A DNA stretch of 64,000 bases from an uncultured Candidatus Poseidoniales archaeon (GTDB lineage Archaea > Thermoplasmatota > Poseidoniia > Poseidoniales > Poseidoniaceae), in contig CAXGWS010000003.1 of assembly GCA_964013535.1 (NCBI GenBank), positions 36,719-100,718 on the forward strand, in the 5' to 3' direction. How positions within the stretch are numbered: position 1 is the stretch's first letter; each line of letters starts with the position of its first letter. This document shows, piece by piece, positions 20,541 through 29,978 of the stretch. The notes beneath the pieces were generated by a model. The model was given only the letters and a program-made list of their open reading frames with translations. It made no database searches and was not told the DNA's origin. The translations under genes and the position numbers were made by a program.

Positions 20541-20891
20541 ATGTCTGCAATACCAGAACTAACCCGTTTAGAACGGCATGATACTAGTATGGAACTCACC
20601 TACGACAACGGAAACCAATTCACTGTTACATACGATGATTTGAGGTATTCCTGCCCATGTGCAAAATGCGCCCCGCTTAGAAATGACGATGAGTCAAGCA
20701 AATCACTGCGACGTCAAGTAGAATCTATGCCAGCAGAGAAACCCAAAGTAAGAACCATTGGTAAATATGCCCTGGCCTTCGATTGGGTTCAAGGATGTTC
20801 CAGTGGTATTTATCGATTTGAAAGAATTTGGGCTTTAGCTAATAACCAAGATCCAGATGGTGGCAGGCCATATGTTCACGGCGTATGGTAA
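20541..20891 (+). CDS. DUF971 / GBBH N-terminal-like protein
   Basis: LRYSCPCAKC...GKYAL.F.W...SSGIY; typical partner of Mrp proteins. Confidence 0.8.
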   Translation: MSAIPELTRLERHDTSMELTYDNGNQFTVTYDDLRYSCPCAKCAPLRNDDESSKSLRRQVESMPAEKPKVRTIGKYALAFDWVQGCSSGIYRFERIWALANNQDPDGGRPYVHGVW

Positions 20892-20973
20892 TCCATTAAC
20901 GGGTATTTTTGGTTCATTGAAGGCGAGGGTTTGATGTATAATCGACTTAACGCCATTTTGGAGAGAACTAGGT

Positions 20974-23052
20974 ATGCAGGGTGTATATCTTAGCTGGATG
21001 ATAAGCGCACTTGCGCTTGGTGTCATTCTGTTGCCTGTTTTCAAACCGAAGTGGATGGAATTAAGGCTCAGTACTTTCGTTGATTTTTTCCGCAGGTACT
21101 GGATTCACGTTCTAATCTTGTTTTTGATCTACAATGCCAAAGATGGTTTGGATGAAGTCGATAGGATACTTATGGCCAGTACTGGCCTTGATATGACGCC
21201 GTGGATATATGCAATCGAAGGCAATCTTGTGCTCCATGTGCAACAATTCTTCGAGGCTGAATGGTTAACAGTAATGCTAACACATTTTTATGTCGCTGGA
21301 TTTATGTTTATTTGCTATGTGTCAGTATTCTACTTTGCATATTTCGATGACCGTTGGATGGCGGATAGAGTTACCCTCACCATCGCATGGGTCTATATCA
21401 TCGCAGTACCGTTTTACTTGTTCTTCAATGTCAGAGTCACTGGAGCGTATATACCCGAAATGGAAACATTGGCTTATTCACTCAATCCAGAAATTTCTGA
21501 TTGGTTCCGGCGCATTGATCCTTTTACCAATTGTATGCCTTCTCTTCACATTGGAATACCATATGCTGTATGGCTGTGTATTAAGCGGTTTGATCATGAT
21601 GAACGATGGGCATTATATCGTAAGATTGTCTTTGCCTATGTACTGCTTACTGCGTTTACGATAATATATCTTGGAATTCATTGGATACTTGATATCGCAG
21701 GCGGCATGATTGTTGCCTCAATTGCGGTTAATCTCGCAGATAAGACCGCAAAACCAGTTTGGAGTATATTGGATGAAAGAACAATCAATGCGCGATTGGT
21801 TACCGTACTAACCAACCCCAAAAAAGCGTACAATATTACCGCTGGAAAAATCAGTACAGCAGCAAGGAAATTCGCAAAACCAACCTCGAGAGAAACCGGA
21901 ATATTATCAGTTGTTGTGATGATTATCGTCGCTTCAGTAATCACTTGGGATTTGACACACCAGTCACTGCCAGCAGAGGGTGTAGAGGCACCAGAAGGGG
22001 CGGCAGGCGCCGATGGCTGGTTGGCAACCATAGACAATACCACTGATGATGGGCGACTCCTCAAATTGTATGATTTGTCTGATTTATCCAATGATGGAAT
22101 AGAAGTTATTCAACCTAACCTTTCCGCAGACTCTCAATATGAATTAACTGATAATAAATTGATGATGGCCAATGGTACCACTCTCTTCGTAATCGATGTT
22201 GAAAATCCACAGGAGATTTATTTCGAGCAGTCGATACAGAACCCCAAGCAGGTGGAATTATGCAAATCAGGCCAAGATCATGTTATTTTGATGCTACAAG
22301 ACGGCAAATTGACTGCTCAGGCCCTAGATGGTAGAATGATTGATTTAGGTATCTCAAACGATAATATTTCTTTTGTGAAATGCCAAGGTAATGATTTCAC
22401 CTTCCTTGTTGAAGGTCAATCAGATAAGGTCTACATGAGTAATTTGGAGTTGAGTGGGTCTTTGACTTACACAGTTAATGCATCAGCTAGTGAAGAAGAT
22501 GAAGAAGTACTGGAAGATTGGGACACTCCAGCAGACTTAGAAAACGCCACAATCATTGATGTAGTGTTTGACCGCGATTATCTACTGGTCAATGTTAACG
22601 TTTCATCAGTAGATAGAATTGTCCTGATTGACCGAATTTCTGGTGAACAGAGGCTCATTGGCGACGGAAAATATTCTGCTTATGATCCATCGATTAAGGA
22701 TGGCGTAATCGCTTGGGTAATGAAGGATCACTTGAATCCAACAAGCCCAATAGAAGAATACTATGATGGTGAAATCTATTACATGTACCTGTCTGACAAC
22801 TTTACCCACGTTCTTACTGCCGATGAGATTGACCAATGGGGGCCAATTGTTCTCGAAGACCATCTTATTTATCTCGAAGAATCTACGGATGGAGTGGTGA
22901 TTAAGGTACACTCATGGACTCCGGAATTGAAGCTTTACTCGAATATAGTTTTGCAGGTGGCTTCAGTTGTTGGCATTGTTTTGGTCTTTATTTACATCAA
23001 TCAGAAGCAAACCGAGGCAAAACGAGCAGTGCAAGGTAGTGAAGAAGAATAA
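20974..23052 (+). CDS. PAP2-family (IPC synthase/Aur1-like) phosphotransferase fused to an extracellular beta-rich domain
   Basis: NCMPSLH and YLGIHWILDIAGG motifs; second half is acidic, beta-rich and flanked by TM helices. Confidence 0.8.
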   Translation: MQGVYLSWMISALALGVILLPVFKPKWMELRLSTFVDFFRRYWIHVLILFLIYNAKDGLDEVDRILMASTGLDMTPWIYAIEGNLVLHVQQFFEAEWLTVMLTHFYVAGFMFICYVSVFYFAYFDDRWMADRVTLTIAWVYIIAVPFYLFFNVRVTGAYIPEMETLAYSLNPEISDWFRRIDPFTNCMPSLHIGIPYAVWLCIKRFDHDERWALYRKIVFAYVLLTAFTIIYLGIHWILDIAGGMIVASIAVNLADKTAKPVWSILDERTINARLVTVLTNPKKAYNITAGKISTAARKFAKPTSRETGILSVVVMIIVASVITWDLTHQSLPAEGVEAPEGAAGADGWLATIDNTTDDGRLLKLYDLSDLSNDGIEVIQPNLSADSQYELTDNKLMMANGTTLFVIDVENPQEIYFEQSIQNPKQVELCKSGQDHVILMLQDGKLTAQALDGRMIDLGISNDNISFVKCQGNDFTFLVEGQSDKVYMSNLELSGSLTYTVNASASEEDEEVLEDWDTPADLENATIIDVVFDRDYLLVNVNVSSVDRIVLIDRISGEQRLIGDGKYSAYDPSIKDGVIAWVMKDHLNPTSPIEEYYDGEIYYMYLSDNFTHVLTADEIDQWGPIVLEDHLIYLEESTDGVVIKVHSWTPELKLYSNIVLQVASVVGIVLVFIYINQKQTEAKRAVQGSEEE

Positions 23053-23053
23053 T

Positions 23054-24172
23054 TCACTTTTTGATGCTGAGCATTCTTTCCAAAGCAAGTAGAGAACCCT
23101 CTTGAACTTCTTTTGATACTACTATTTGGTTGGGGATTTCGCCTTCAACCAGTTTCTCCAATACATCCATTAGGTAAGCAGGGTGAATCATGTACATAGT
23201 AGAGCAGGGACATATTTTATCGTCGAGACATTCTATGTGTTTGTCCGGATGTGATTCAGCTAAACGGGCAACCATGTTGATCTCAGTACCGATTGCAATT
23301 TGGCTACCACTCGGCAATTTTTCTACATAATTTTTGATGAATTGAGTTGAGCCATTAGCATCACTTACCTCGACAGTTTCTTTAGGACATTCAGGATGGA
23401 CAACTACCAGTCCTTCAGGAAATCTTTCTCTAAATTCACTTACTTGTTCAACGGTAAAGCGTTTATGAACAGAACAAAAACCATGCCACAAAATAATCTT
23501 GGCATCATTCAAGTCTTTGTCCGAACCTATCTTCGGAATCCAAGTTGGCATTTTTTCTTCATCAATCCCCATCGAAAGCCCGGTATTACGTCCTAAGTGT
23601 TGGTCGGGGAAAAATAGCACAGCGCCATCTGGGCCGGCTCTGTCAAAGGCCCAGTTGAGGATGCCAGTTGCATTGGAGGATGTACAAACAATGCCTCCAT
23701 GTCTGCCCACGAAATCCTTCAAATCAGCACTACTATTCATGTAGGTTACGGGGATGAGGTAAGACTTTCCATCCGTAGGCACATCACCGGGGGATTTTCT
23801 GTCAATCGGGTCATTTAGACCAGTCTCAGCAAGAATCTCTGCCCACGCACTTTCGACATCGGGTAATGTGGCCATGTCGGCCATTGAACATCCCGCTCTT
23901 AGGTTCGGCAGAATTACATGTTGATTGTTATCGGTCAATATGTCAGCCGATTCAGCCATGAAATGGACGCCGCAGAAGACAATAAACTCAGCATCTGAAT
24001 CTGCTGCTTTTTGACTTAACATAAATGAATCACCAATGAAATCAGCGTGCATAACAATGCTGTCACGCTGATAATGGTGTCCAAGAACCATCAATCTGCT
24101 ACCTAGCTGTTGCTTGAGTTCGGTAATACGCTCAGCAATCGCTTGCTCCTCAGGGGACATCGAGGTGTCCAT
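23054..24172 (-). CDS. nadA: Quinolinate synthase A
   Basis: LGHHYQR, GDSF.LS, FCGVHFMAE, GCSMAD, CTSSNA, CSVH and HPEC. Confidence 0.96.
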   Translation of the reverse strand: MDTSMSPEEQAIAERITELKQQLGSRLMVLGHHYQRDSIVMHADFIGDSFMLSQKAADSDAEFIVFCGVHFMAESADILTDNNQHVILPNLRAGCSMADMATLPDVESAWAEILAETGLNDPIDRKSPGDVPTDGKSYLIPVTYMNSSADLKDFVGRHGGIVCTSSNATGILNWAFDRAGPDGAVLFFPDQHLGRNTGLSMGIDEEKMPTWIPKIGSDKDLNDAKIILWHGFCSVHKRFTVEQVSEFRERFPEGLVVVHPECPKETVEVSDANGSTQFIKNYVEKLPSGSQIAIGTEINMVARLAESHPDKHIECLDDKICPCSTMYMIHPAYLMDVLEKLVEGEIPNQIVVSKEVQEGSLLALERMLSIKK

Positions 24173-24291
24173 GAAATCAATGGAACACATTGGCAAGGTA
24201 ATCGTCATATGCTTCAATCCCGCGAGGGGATACTCCTTTTCAATAATTGTTATTCCGTGATGTAAATAAATGAGTGCATCAAGCCAGTAAC

Positions 24292-24975
24292 ATGGTCTTC
24301 CAACCGGAAACGAGACTCCACCTTGGTGCCGAGGCAGAGGTGTGGTCAGGTTTGTGGATGAATCGGCCAGCGGTGAGGAAACTCAGGCGTAGTCGTGCAT
24401 GGCGCCACCCCGACTTAGAGAAACGCTTAGGATACCGTAGAATGCTCAGTGAGGCTCGGATTCTAATTCGCATTAAAGGTGCAGGATTACCCGTTCCTGC
24501 AATATGGGATGTTGATTTAGAACAGGGTAGAATAGTCATGGAACGAATGAATGGTAGGCCTTTAATCGAAGTTTTACGCGACCCATCCATCAACACAGAT
24601 CAAATTGCAGAAGCATTACACAATTCCGGTGCAGCTGTTAGGATGCTCCACAGAATGGCGGTTACTCATGGTGATTTATCAACCAACAACATTCTAATCG
24701 ATGAAAATTACAAGGCATTTTTAATTGATTTTGGCCTTTCAGCAGTTGAATACGAAGTTGAAAGATTCGGTATCGATTTGCATGTGATGGATGAAATCTT
24801 AGGTGCGTCACATCCTAATGTGTCTAACGGTATGGACTTATTCTTAAACGGATATCGAGATTGCGACGAGGCACAAGGTCCGCTGCAAGAATTGTCAGGC
24901 GGCAAACCACCAGCGGCTGATGAAGTACTCAAACGCCTTGAGGATGTTAGATCTAGAGTAAGGTATCACGGTTAA
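24292..24975 (+). CDS. bud32: KEOPS complex kinase Bud32
   Basis: GAEA, RHP.L, HGDLSTNN, IDFGLS and a C-terminal RVRY. Confidence 0.9.
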   Translation: MVFQPETRLHLGAEAEVWSGLWMNRPAVRKLRRSRAWRHPDLEKRLGYRRMLSEARILIRIKGAGLPVPAIWDVDLEQGRIVMERMNGRPLIEVLRDPSINTDQIAEALHNSGAAVRMLHRMAVTHGDLSTNNILIDENYKAFLIDFGLSAVEYEVERFGIDLHVMDEILGASHPNVSNGMDLFLNGYRDCDEAQGPLQELSGGKPPAADEVLKRLEDVRSRVRYHG

Positions 24976-24976
24976 T

Positions 24977-25384
24977 TCAGCCGACTAACAGACGCATCTC
25001 TTCTACACTTTTTAATTCGGAGAGGTATATTTGCTCAATTGAATCATACAAATCGTCTGTTTGTTCGATGAGTGGTAGAAGTTCAGCATAAACTTCTGAT
25101 GCCTTGATTTCAGTTTCCAGTGCATAATTAAGCATCTCCATATAATCCGTAGTGTGAGTTATTGGGTGAGTACTTCTTTCGGTGACTGGTATACCACCAA
25201 GTTGTACAATTCCTTTGCGAACAATATCGGCATGTTCTATTGATTCAGTCATTTCTGTGGTAAACATAGGTGATAATTGTAATCGGTGAATTCCAGTAAC
25301 ATTGGCTGCATAATGTGCGTACATGTTGATTGCTCTTAGTTCCCATCCAAGGGCCGCGTTCATTTTTTCAATCAGTTTTGTCAT
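24977..25384 (-). CDS. Ferritin-like (bacterioferritin-like) diiron protein
   Basis: WELRAINMY, ESIEHA...LGGIP and ETEIKA four-helix bundle pattern. Confidence 0.8.
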   Translation of the reverse strand: MTKLIEKMNAALGWELRAINMYAHYAANVTGIHRLQLSPMFTTEMTESIEHADIVRKGIVQLGGIPVTERSTHPITHTTDYMEMLNYALETEIKASEVYAELLPLIEQTDDLYDSIEQIYLSELKSVEEMRLLVG

Positions 25385-25475
25385 ATCATCAACTCTTAGG
25401 GCATACTAAATCTTATTCCAGTTCATCCCTATTGGTGAGGACTTACATCTAGGTGTTAATAAACTAATGCAATAA

Positions 25476-25862
25476 TTAGCTGCCACTTATTCTTTCACCA
25501 GCTTCCCAACCGACAAATGAAAAGATGATGCACATCAAAAAAGACAAACCTGCATACGTTAAAGCCATAGAAAAATTATCATTTTTCATTAGAGTTATGG
25601 TTTCTAAAGAGAATGTTGACATTGTAGTAAATGCTCCAAGTAGACCTGTGGCGAAAAATAGCATTACTTCCTCAGAGTACCCGTAATTAATCGATAACAC
25701 TGCCAACATTCCCAACAAAAACGAACCAACGATGTTTACAATGAATGTCGAGAGCGGGAACTCACTGGTTTCGATAAAATTCCCGACAGTGAACCGCAAG
25801 ATTGCGCCAATTGCCCCACCAAAACCAACGAGAATTAACTGCTGAATCATACTTGCTCCCAT
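25476..25862 (-). CDS. crcB: Fluoride efflux channel CrcB/FluC
   Basis: GGAIGAILRF, T..VNIVGSF and TGLLGAFTTMSTF. Confidence 0.93.
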   Translation of the reverse strand: MGASMIQQLILVGFGGAIGAILRFTVGNFIETSEFPLSTFIVNIVGSFLLGMLAVLSINYGYSEEVMLFFATGLLGAFTTMSTFSLETITLMKNDNFSMALTYAGLSFLMCIIFSFVGWEAGERISGS

Positions 25863-25952
25863 TGTCTCCTGCGTGTTAAATTATGTCATACATTCTAATT
25901 TTATTTGTTAATTTATCAATAGACATGATAACATCAACCCGTTAGGACTAAC

Positions 25953-26618
25953 ATGAGTCCGACAGTATGGTTTCTTACTGGCAATGAAGGAAAACTTGCC
26001 GAAGCATCAATTCATTTGTCCAATCTTGGCTACAGTGTTAAACAATTAGTAGTTGATGAAGCAGAATTATATGAGCCTCAAGCGGATAGTCTAGAAGTCG
26101 TTGCGAGGTCAAAAATTAATCAGGCGCTAAATCATCTACCAGAGCAGTTTGGGAATAATGATATGATTTTAGTTGAAGATGCTGGTCTATTTATCAAAGC
26201 GCTAGACGGCTTTCCAGGCGTCTATTCCTCTTTCGTTCATTCAACGATTGGCAACTTGGGAGTGATTAGACTTCTCAATCATCTTTCAACAGAAGATCCA
26301 GTTTCGAGCGCAAATTTGCGGGCTGCTGAATTTAGAGCAGTTGCTGCGTTATGGTGCAACGGTGAAATAACCATTGGGGAAGGAATTTGTCCTGGACACA
26401 TTGGAGACGAATTGATGGAAGGTAACGGTTTTGGATTTGACCCAATCTTCATCCCGTACGACCTTGACGAACATAAAAATCCGTTGCCGGCAGGGAATTA
26501 TGGGGCTTACAGTACACACGGCAAGACCTTTGGAGCCATTGATTCAGTAGCCAAAAACAAATTCAGTCATCGGGTGAGGGCTTTGGAAAACTTGTTCAGC
26601 CAATTGCCATCAGCATGA
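25953..26618 (+). CDS. rdgB: Non-canonical purine NTP pyrophosphatase (Ham1/RdgB)
   Basis: TGNEGK, EDAGL, GFPGVYS, GFGFDPIF and KNKFSHR. Confidence 0.92.
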   Translation: MSPTVWFLTGNEGKLAEASIHLSNLGYSVKQLVVDEAELYEPQADSLEVVARSKINQALNHLPEQFGNNDMILVEDAGLFIKALDGFPGVYSSFVHSTIGNLGVIRLLNHLSTEDPVSSANLRAAEFRAVAALWCNGEITIGEGICPGHIGDELMEGNGFGFDPIFIPYDLDEHKNPLPAGNYGAYSTHGKTFGAIDSVAKNKFSHRVRALENLFSQLPSA

Positions 26619-26651
26619 TAAATTAGAAGTCACTGGGGGTTATTGAGGGAC

Positions 26652-27554
26652 ATGGGATTCTTCCGAACAACTTGTGCATTGGTTGCTGCCAGTGCGGGAA
26701 TATTCTACTTGACCTCAGCTTCGAGCCTATCTGATAACGGCAAATGGTCGCTTATTGGGGTCACGTTTCTTGCATCACTTGGATGGGTGATGCTCGGGGG
26801 CAGAGGAGTGAAATCACGTCCCCAAGATGCCGTTACAGTCGCAGCAGTCTCGAGTGAGATTGAGGATTCTGAAACCGTAGTTGAATCCTCGATCGCTTCA
26901 GATATACCCGATCCGGTTGTTGCTGATGAAAACATGGATGGAGTTTCGCTTAGGGAAAGGAAGTTGGCTAAAATACAAGCAGCTAACCAACAAGACAGCG
27001 AATCTGAAGAAACCGCTGAAGAACTGGTTGAAATTGAAGTTACAGTTGAGAATGTTCATACTGCGGATGAGTATGTTGTTGAGGTCAGCCCTGAATCGGT
27101 TGAAGACGCTGACATTGAAATGACTGTGTCAAACCGGAGAGTGAAGCACCAAGAAATTAGACAGCGAATAGAGAAGCGCAGACGCAATCAACTCGCTGAA
27201 ATAAGGGCTTCAACCGTTAGAATGTGGGAACAACACAATGAAGGAGAGGACATTGTTGGCTTGTTGCAAAACCCTCAACACGGATTAAACGTCATAGATG
27301 AACCGCAAAAGCCAGAGGCTGGGCATGTTTATGGTGCAACGTTCATTCGATTGGATGAGAGTACGATTTTAAAATTGAGAACTCCACTTGACTCAGGATT
27401 CGAAGTGGTTGAAAAGAAGCAAAAGTTGCCTGAACTACCAGGGCTAGATGGCATGCCTTTACCTCCGCTACCAGGAATGGAACTGCCTCCTCCTGCAATG
27501 CCCAATGCAAGCGACGCATTGGCGGAATTGAAGTTACAAATGGATGAGGACTGA
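26652..27554 (+). CDS. Hypothetical membrane-anchored acidic protein with Pro-rich C-terminus
   Basis: Two N-terminal TM helices, acidic linker, coiled coil and a LPPLPGMELPPP tail. Confidence 0.7.
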   Translation: MGFFRTTCALVAASAGIFYLTSASSLSDNGKWSLIGVTFLASLGWVMLGGRGVKSRPQDAVTVAAVSSEIEDSETVVESSIASDIPDPVVADENMDGVSLRERKLAKIQAANQQDSESEETAEELVEIEVTVENVHTADEYVVEVSPESVEDADIEMTVSNRRVKHQEIRQRIEKRRRNQLAEIRASTVRMWEQHNEGEDIVGLLQNPQHGLNVIDEPQKPEAGHVYGATFIRLDESTILKLRTPLDSGFEVVEKKQKLPELPGLDGMPLPPLPGMELPPPAMPNASDALAELKLQMDED

Positions 27555-27559
27555 GTTGG

Positions 27560-28270
27560 ATGGGTGAAAACCATCAACATACTTCTAAATCTAACAATTT
27601 GGCACTGACCGGGCTTATTCTTGCCGCTATTGCACCAACCATCTCAGTAGTTACCGGTTTTGTTTTGCAGGCGGGAATTATTGCTATCATCGTGTTTGTG
27701 TTGACGAAGTTGTGGATGTTTGGCCTTCCAGCATACTGGCATCTAAAGGTAGATGGTGAACAAGTATCAATGTCAACACCAAAACAAGGTGGATGGGGTT
27801 TATCTTTTGGTCTTGGAATTGCAATGAGTTTGGTAATTTTCGTTGCTTACTTTTTCCTTGGAGATTTGATGATCTCTTCCGATGATTTAACCGCGATACT
27901 TGAGCCGGTTGGATTGACCAATCCAGTAGTCTTTTTCTGGGCAGTTATGTTTTGGATTTTTGTTAATTCTGTTTTGGAGGAATATTTGTTTAGATGGTTC
28001 ATACTAACAAAGTTAGAGCAAGTAATCGGAGGATTTTGGTTGCCGATAATAGCTTCGGCACTGATTTTCACTCTACACCACACTATTGCACTGTCACTGT
28101 TTATTTCGCCGTTAGGGAACTTCTTGTGCTCTTTGGGGCTGTTTATCGGAGGAATCGTATTTTCATGGTTATATCTTAAATCAAGAAGTGTATGGATACC
28201 TTGGCTTGCCCATGCACTGTGTGATGTTGCCGTATTTACGATTGCTTGGCAATTAGTGATTGGTTTCTAG
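27560..28270 (+). CDS. CPBP (CAAX/Abi) family intramembrane metalloprotease
   Basis: EEYLFRW, F.LHH and H.LCD motifs. Confidence 0.88.
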   Translation: MGENHQHTSKSNNLALTGLILAAIAPTISVVTGFVLQAGIIAIIVFVLTKLWMFGLPAYWHLKVDGEQVSMSTPKQGGWGLSFGLGIAMSLVIFVAYFFLGDLMISSDDLTAILEPVGLTNPVVFFWAVMFWIFVNSVLEEYLFRWFILTKLEQVIGGFWLPIIASALIFTLHHTIALSLFISPLGNFLCSLGLFIGGIVFSWLYLKSRSVWIPWLAHALCDVAVFTIAWQLVIGF

Positions 28271-28271
28271 A

Positions 28272-29114
28272 TCACTTGTCTTGCCAAGTTGGTTTACTTC
28301 TGTCCATAAATGCCTTAACGCCTTCTTGTTTGTCAGCGCTATCAAATAAATTGGCAAATTCTTCGGCCTCAATTGCGATACCTTCGTCTAGAGAATTATT
28401 CAATGCGGCCTTTATCGTGCGCTTCGCTACTTTCAGTGTAAAGACGGATTTACTGGCAATTTTATTGGCCATATCCATAGTGAAATCCTCCAAGTCTTCA
28501 ACTTCACATACGTGATTTACTAAGCCGATGTTTGAGGCTTCATCAGCACTAATCATTTCACCGGTCATAATCAATTCGAGCGTTTTCCCGTAACCAATTA
28601 ATTTGGCTAACCGTTGAGTGGCTCCGTATCCCGGTATTAGCCCTAAATTTATTTCCGGAGTTCCAAACTTCGAGCGCTTTGAGGCAATTCGGATGTCACA
28701 TGAGCATGCAACTTCACATCCACCGCCAAGAGCAAACCCATCTACCATGGCAATGGTAGGTTTGGTCAGTTTCCACAGTGCTTCCACTGCATTATCAGTG
28801 AACTTAACCTTTGCAGCCTGCTTATCCATATCGACAAATTCTGCAATATCAGCACCGGCAACGAAAGCATTGGGCTTGGCTCGCCGACCTTCTTCAGCAG
28901 GTAGCGGGCTTGCACCGGTGATGACAACGCATCTAACTCGGTCGTTCGCTTCAACCCATGAACAGAAATTCTTCAATGAGTCCATAACTTCGCTATTAAG
29001 CGCGTTAAGTTTGTTTGGTCGATTGATGGTTGCAAGTGCAATACATCCAGACATCGAGTCGTCAGAAAGCGGCATTTCTTGTACCGTCAAAACAGCACTA
29101 CTTGGGTCGTCCAT
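28272..29114 (-). CDS. Enoyl-CoA hydratase (crotonase, PaaF-like)
   Basis: RP.KLNAL, FVAGADI, GGGCE and PEINLG..PGYG.TQRL; both catalytic Glu present. Confidence 0.9.
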   Translation of the reverse strand: MDDPSSAVLTVQEMPLSDDSMSGCIALATINRPNKLNALNSEVMDSLKNFCSWVEANDRVRCVVITGASPLPAEEGRRAKPNAFVAGADIAEFVDMDKQAAKVKFTDNAVEALWKLTKPTIAMVDGFALGGGCEVACSCDIRIASKRSKFGTPEINLGLIPGYGATQRLAKLIGYGKTLELIMTGEMISADEASNIGLVNHVCEVEDLEDFTMDMANKIASKSVFTLKVAKRTIKAALNNSLDEGIAIEAEEFANLFDSADKQEGVKAFMDRSKPTWQDK

Positions 29115-29199
29115 GCGATTGCTAAATCAATCAACTTCATGATTTATCCGATTGTGGCTCAATCCAATAATACATAGAATAGAACAGTTACCAAACATC

Positions 29200-29976
29200 A
29201 TGGGTGACGACATACCGTTGGTAAAGGCAATCGATATGGCCAAAAAATATGGCGATTTTATCGCCCTTCACCCACTAAATGTCGAGGTTCATTCAGGTGA
29301 GTTTTTCGGTGTATTCGGGCCTAATGGTGCAGGTAAATCGACGTTCATCAAGTTGTTAACCGGTCAGTTAAAGCCGAGCAAAGGTAAGATTGAGGTCTTG
29401 GGTATCAATGCAACCAAGTCTCCACAAAAGGTCAAGGCCAATATTGGGATAGTTCCTGAATCCGAGTCGCCACCATCTTATTTGACTCCGGTAGAGTTTT
29501 TACAGTTCGTCGCTAAGTTAAGAGACATCGACAATAGTGAGTTCGAAGTAGAGTATTGGATTGAGTGGTTTGGTTTAGAAGAAAAAAGAAATACAATGTG
29601 TAAGGATTTGTCAAAAGGTCAACGACAGAAAGTCATGTTGGCTTCAGCATTTATTCACAAACCAAAGTTGCTATTCCTCGATGAGCCGTTTGCTAATCTT
29701 GATCCAATCTATCAACGGAAGTGTCGTGAATGGTTGCTCGATCACGTCAAGGCTGGTGGCACAATTTTTCTCTGTTCGCACGTTCTTGAGATGGCTGAAA
29801 GGATGTGTAATAGAATGGCGATAATCAATGATGGCAAAGTGCTGGCAGCTGGTACAGTTAGGGGCTTGAAAATGGACTCCTCAGAAACCTTGGAGGATGT
29901 CTTCATTCGTTTGGTTGGCAAATCGATTGAAGATGTGGAAAGGCAATTAGAACAAGAGGCGGCTGAGGAGGAGTAG
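29200..29976 (+). CDS. ABC transporter ATP-binding protein
   Basis: GPNGAGKS, LSKGQ, LFLDEP and the H-loop. Confidence 0.93.
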   Translation: MGDDIPLVKAIDMAKKYGDFIALHPLNVEVHSGEFFGVFGPNGAGKSTFIKLLTGQLKPSKGKIEVLGINATKSPQKVKANIGIVPESESPPSYLTPVEFLQFVAKLRDIDNSEFEVEYWIEWFGLEEKRNTMCKDLSKGQRQKVMLASAFIHKPKLLFLDEPFANLDPIYQRKCREWLLDHVKAGGTIFLCSHVLEMAERMCNRMAIINDGKVLAAGTVRGLKMDSSETLEDVFIRLVGKSIEDVERQLEQEAAEEE

Positions 29977-29978
29977 TT

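Noticed and set aside
25863..25952. Fluoride riboswitch upstream of crcB
   Set aside because: The region is AT-rich and lacks the GGCGATGG...CTGATG consensus.
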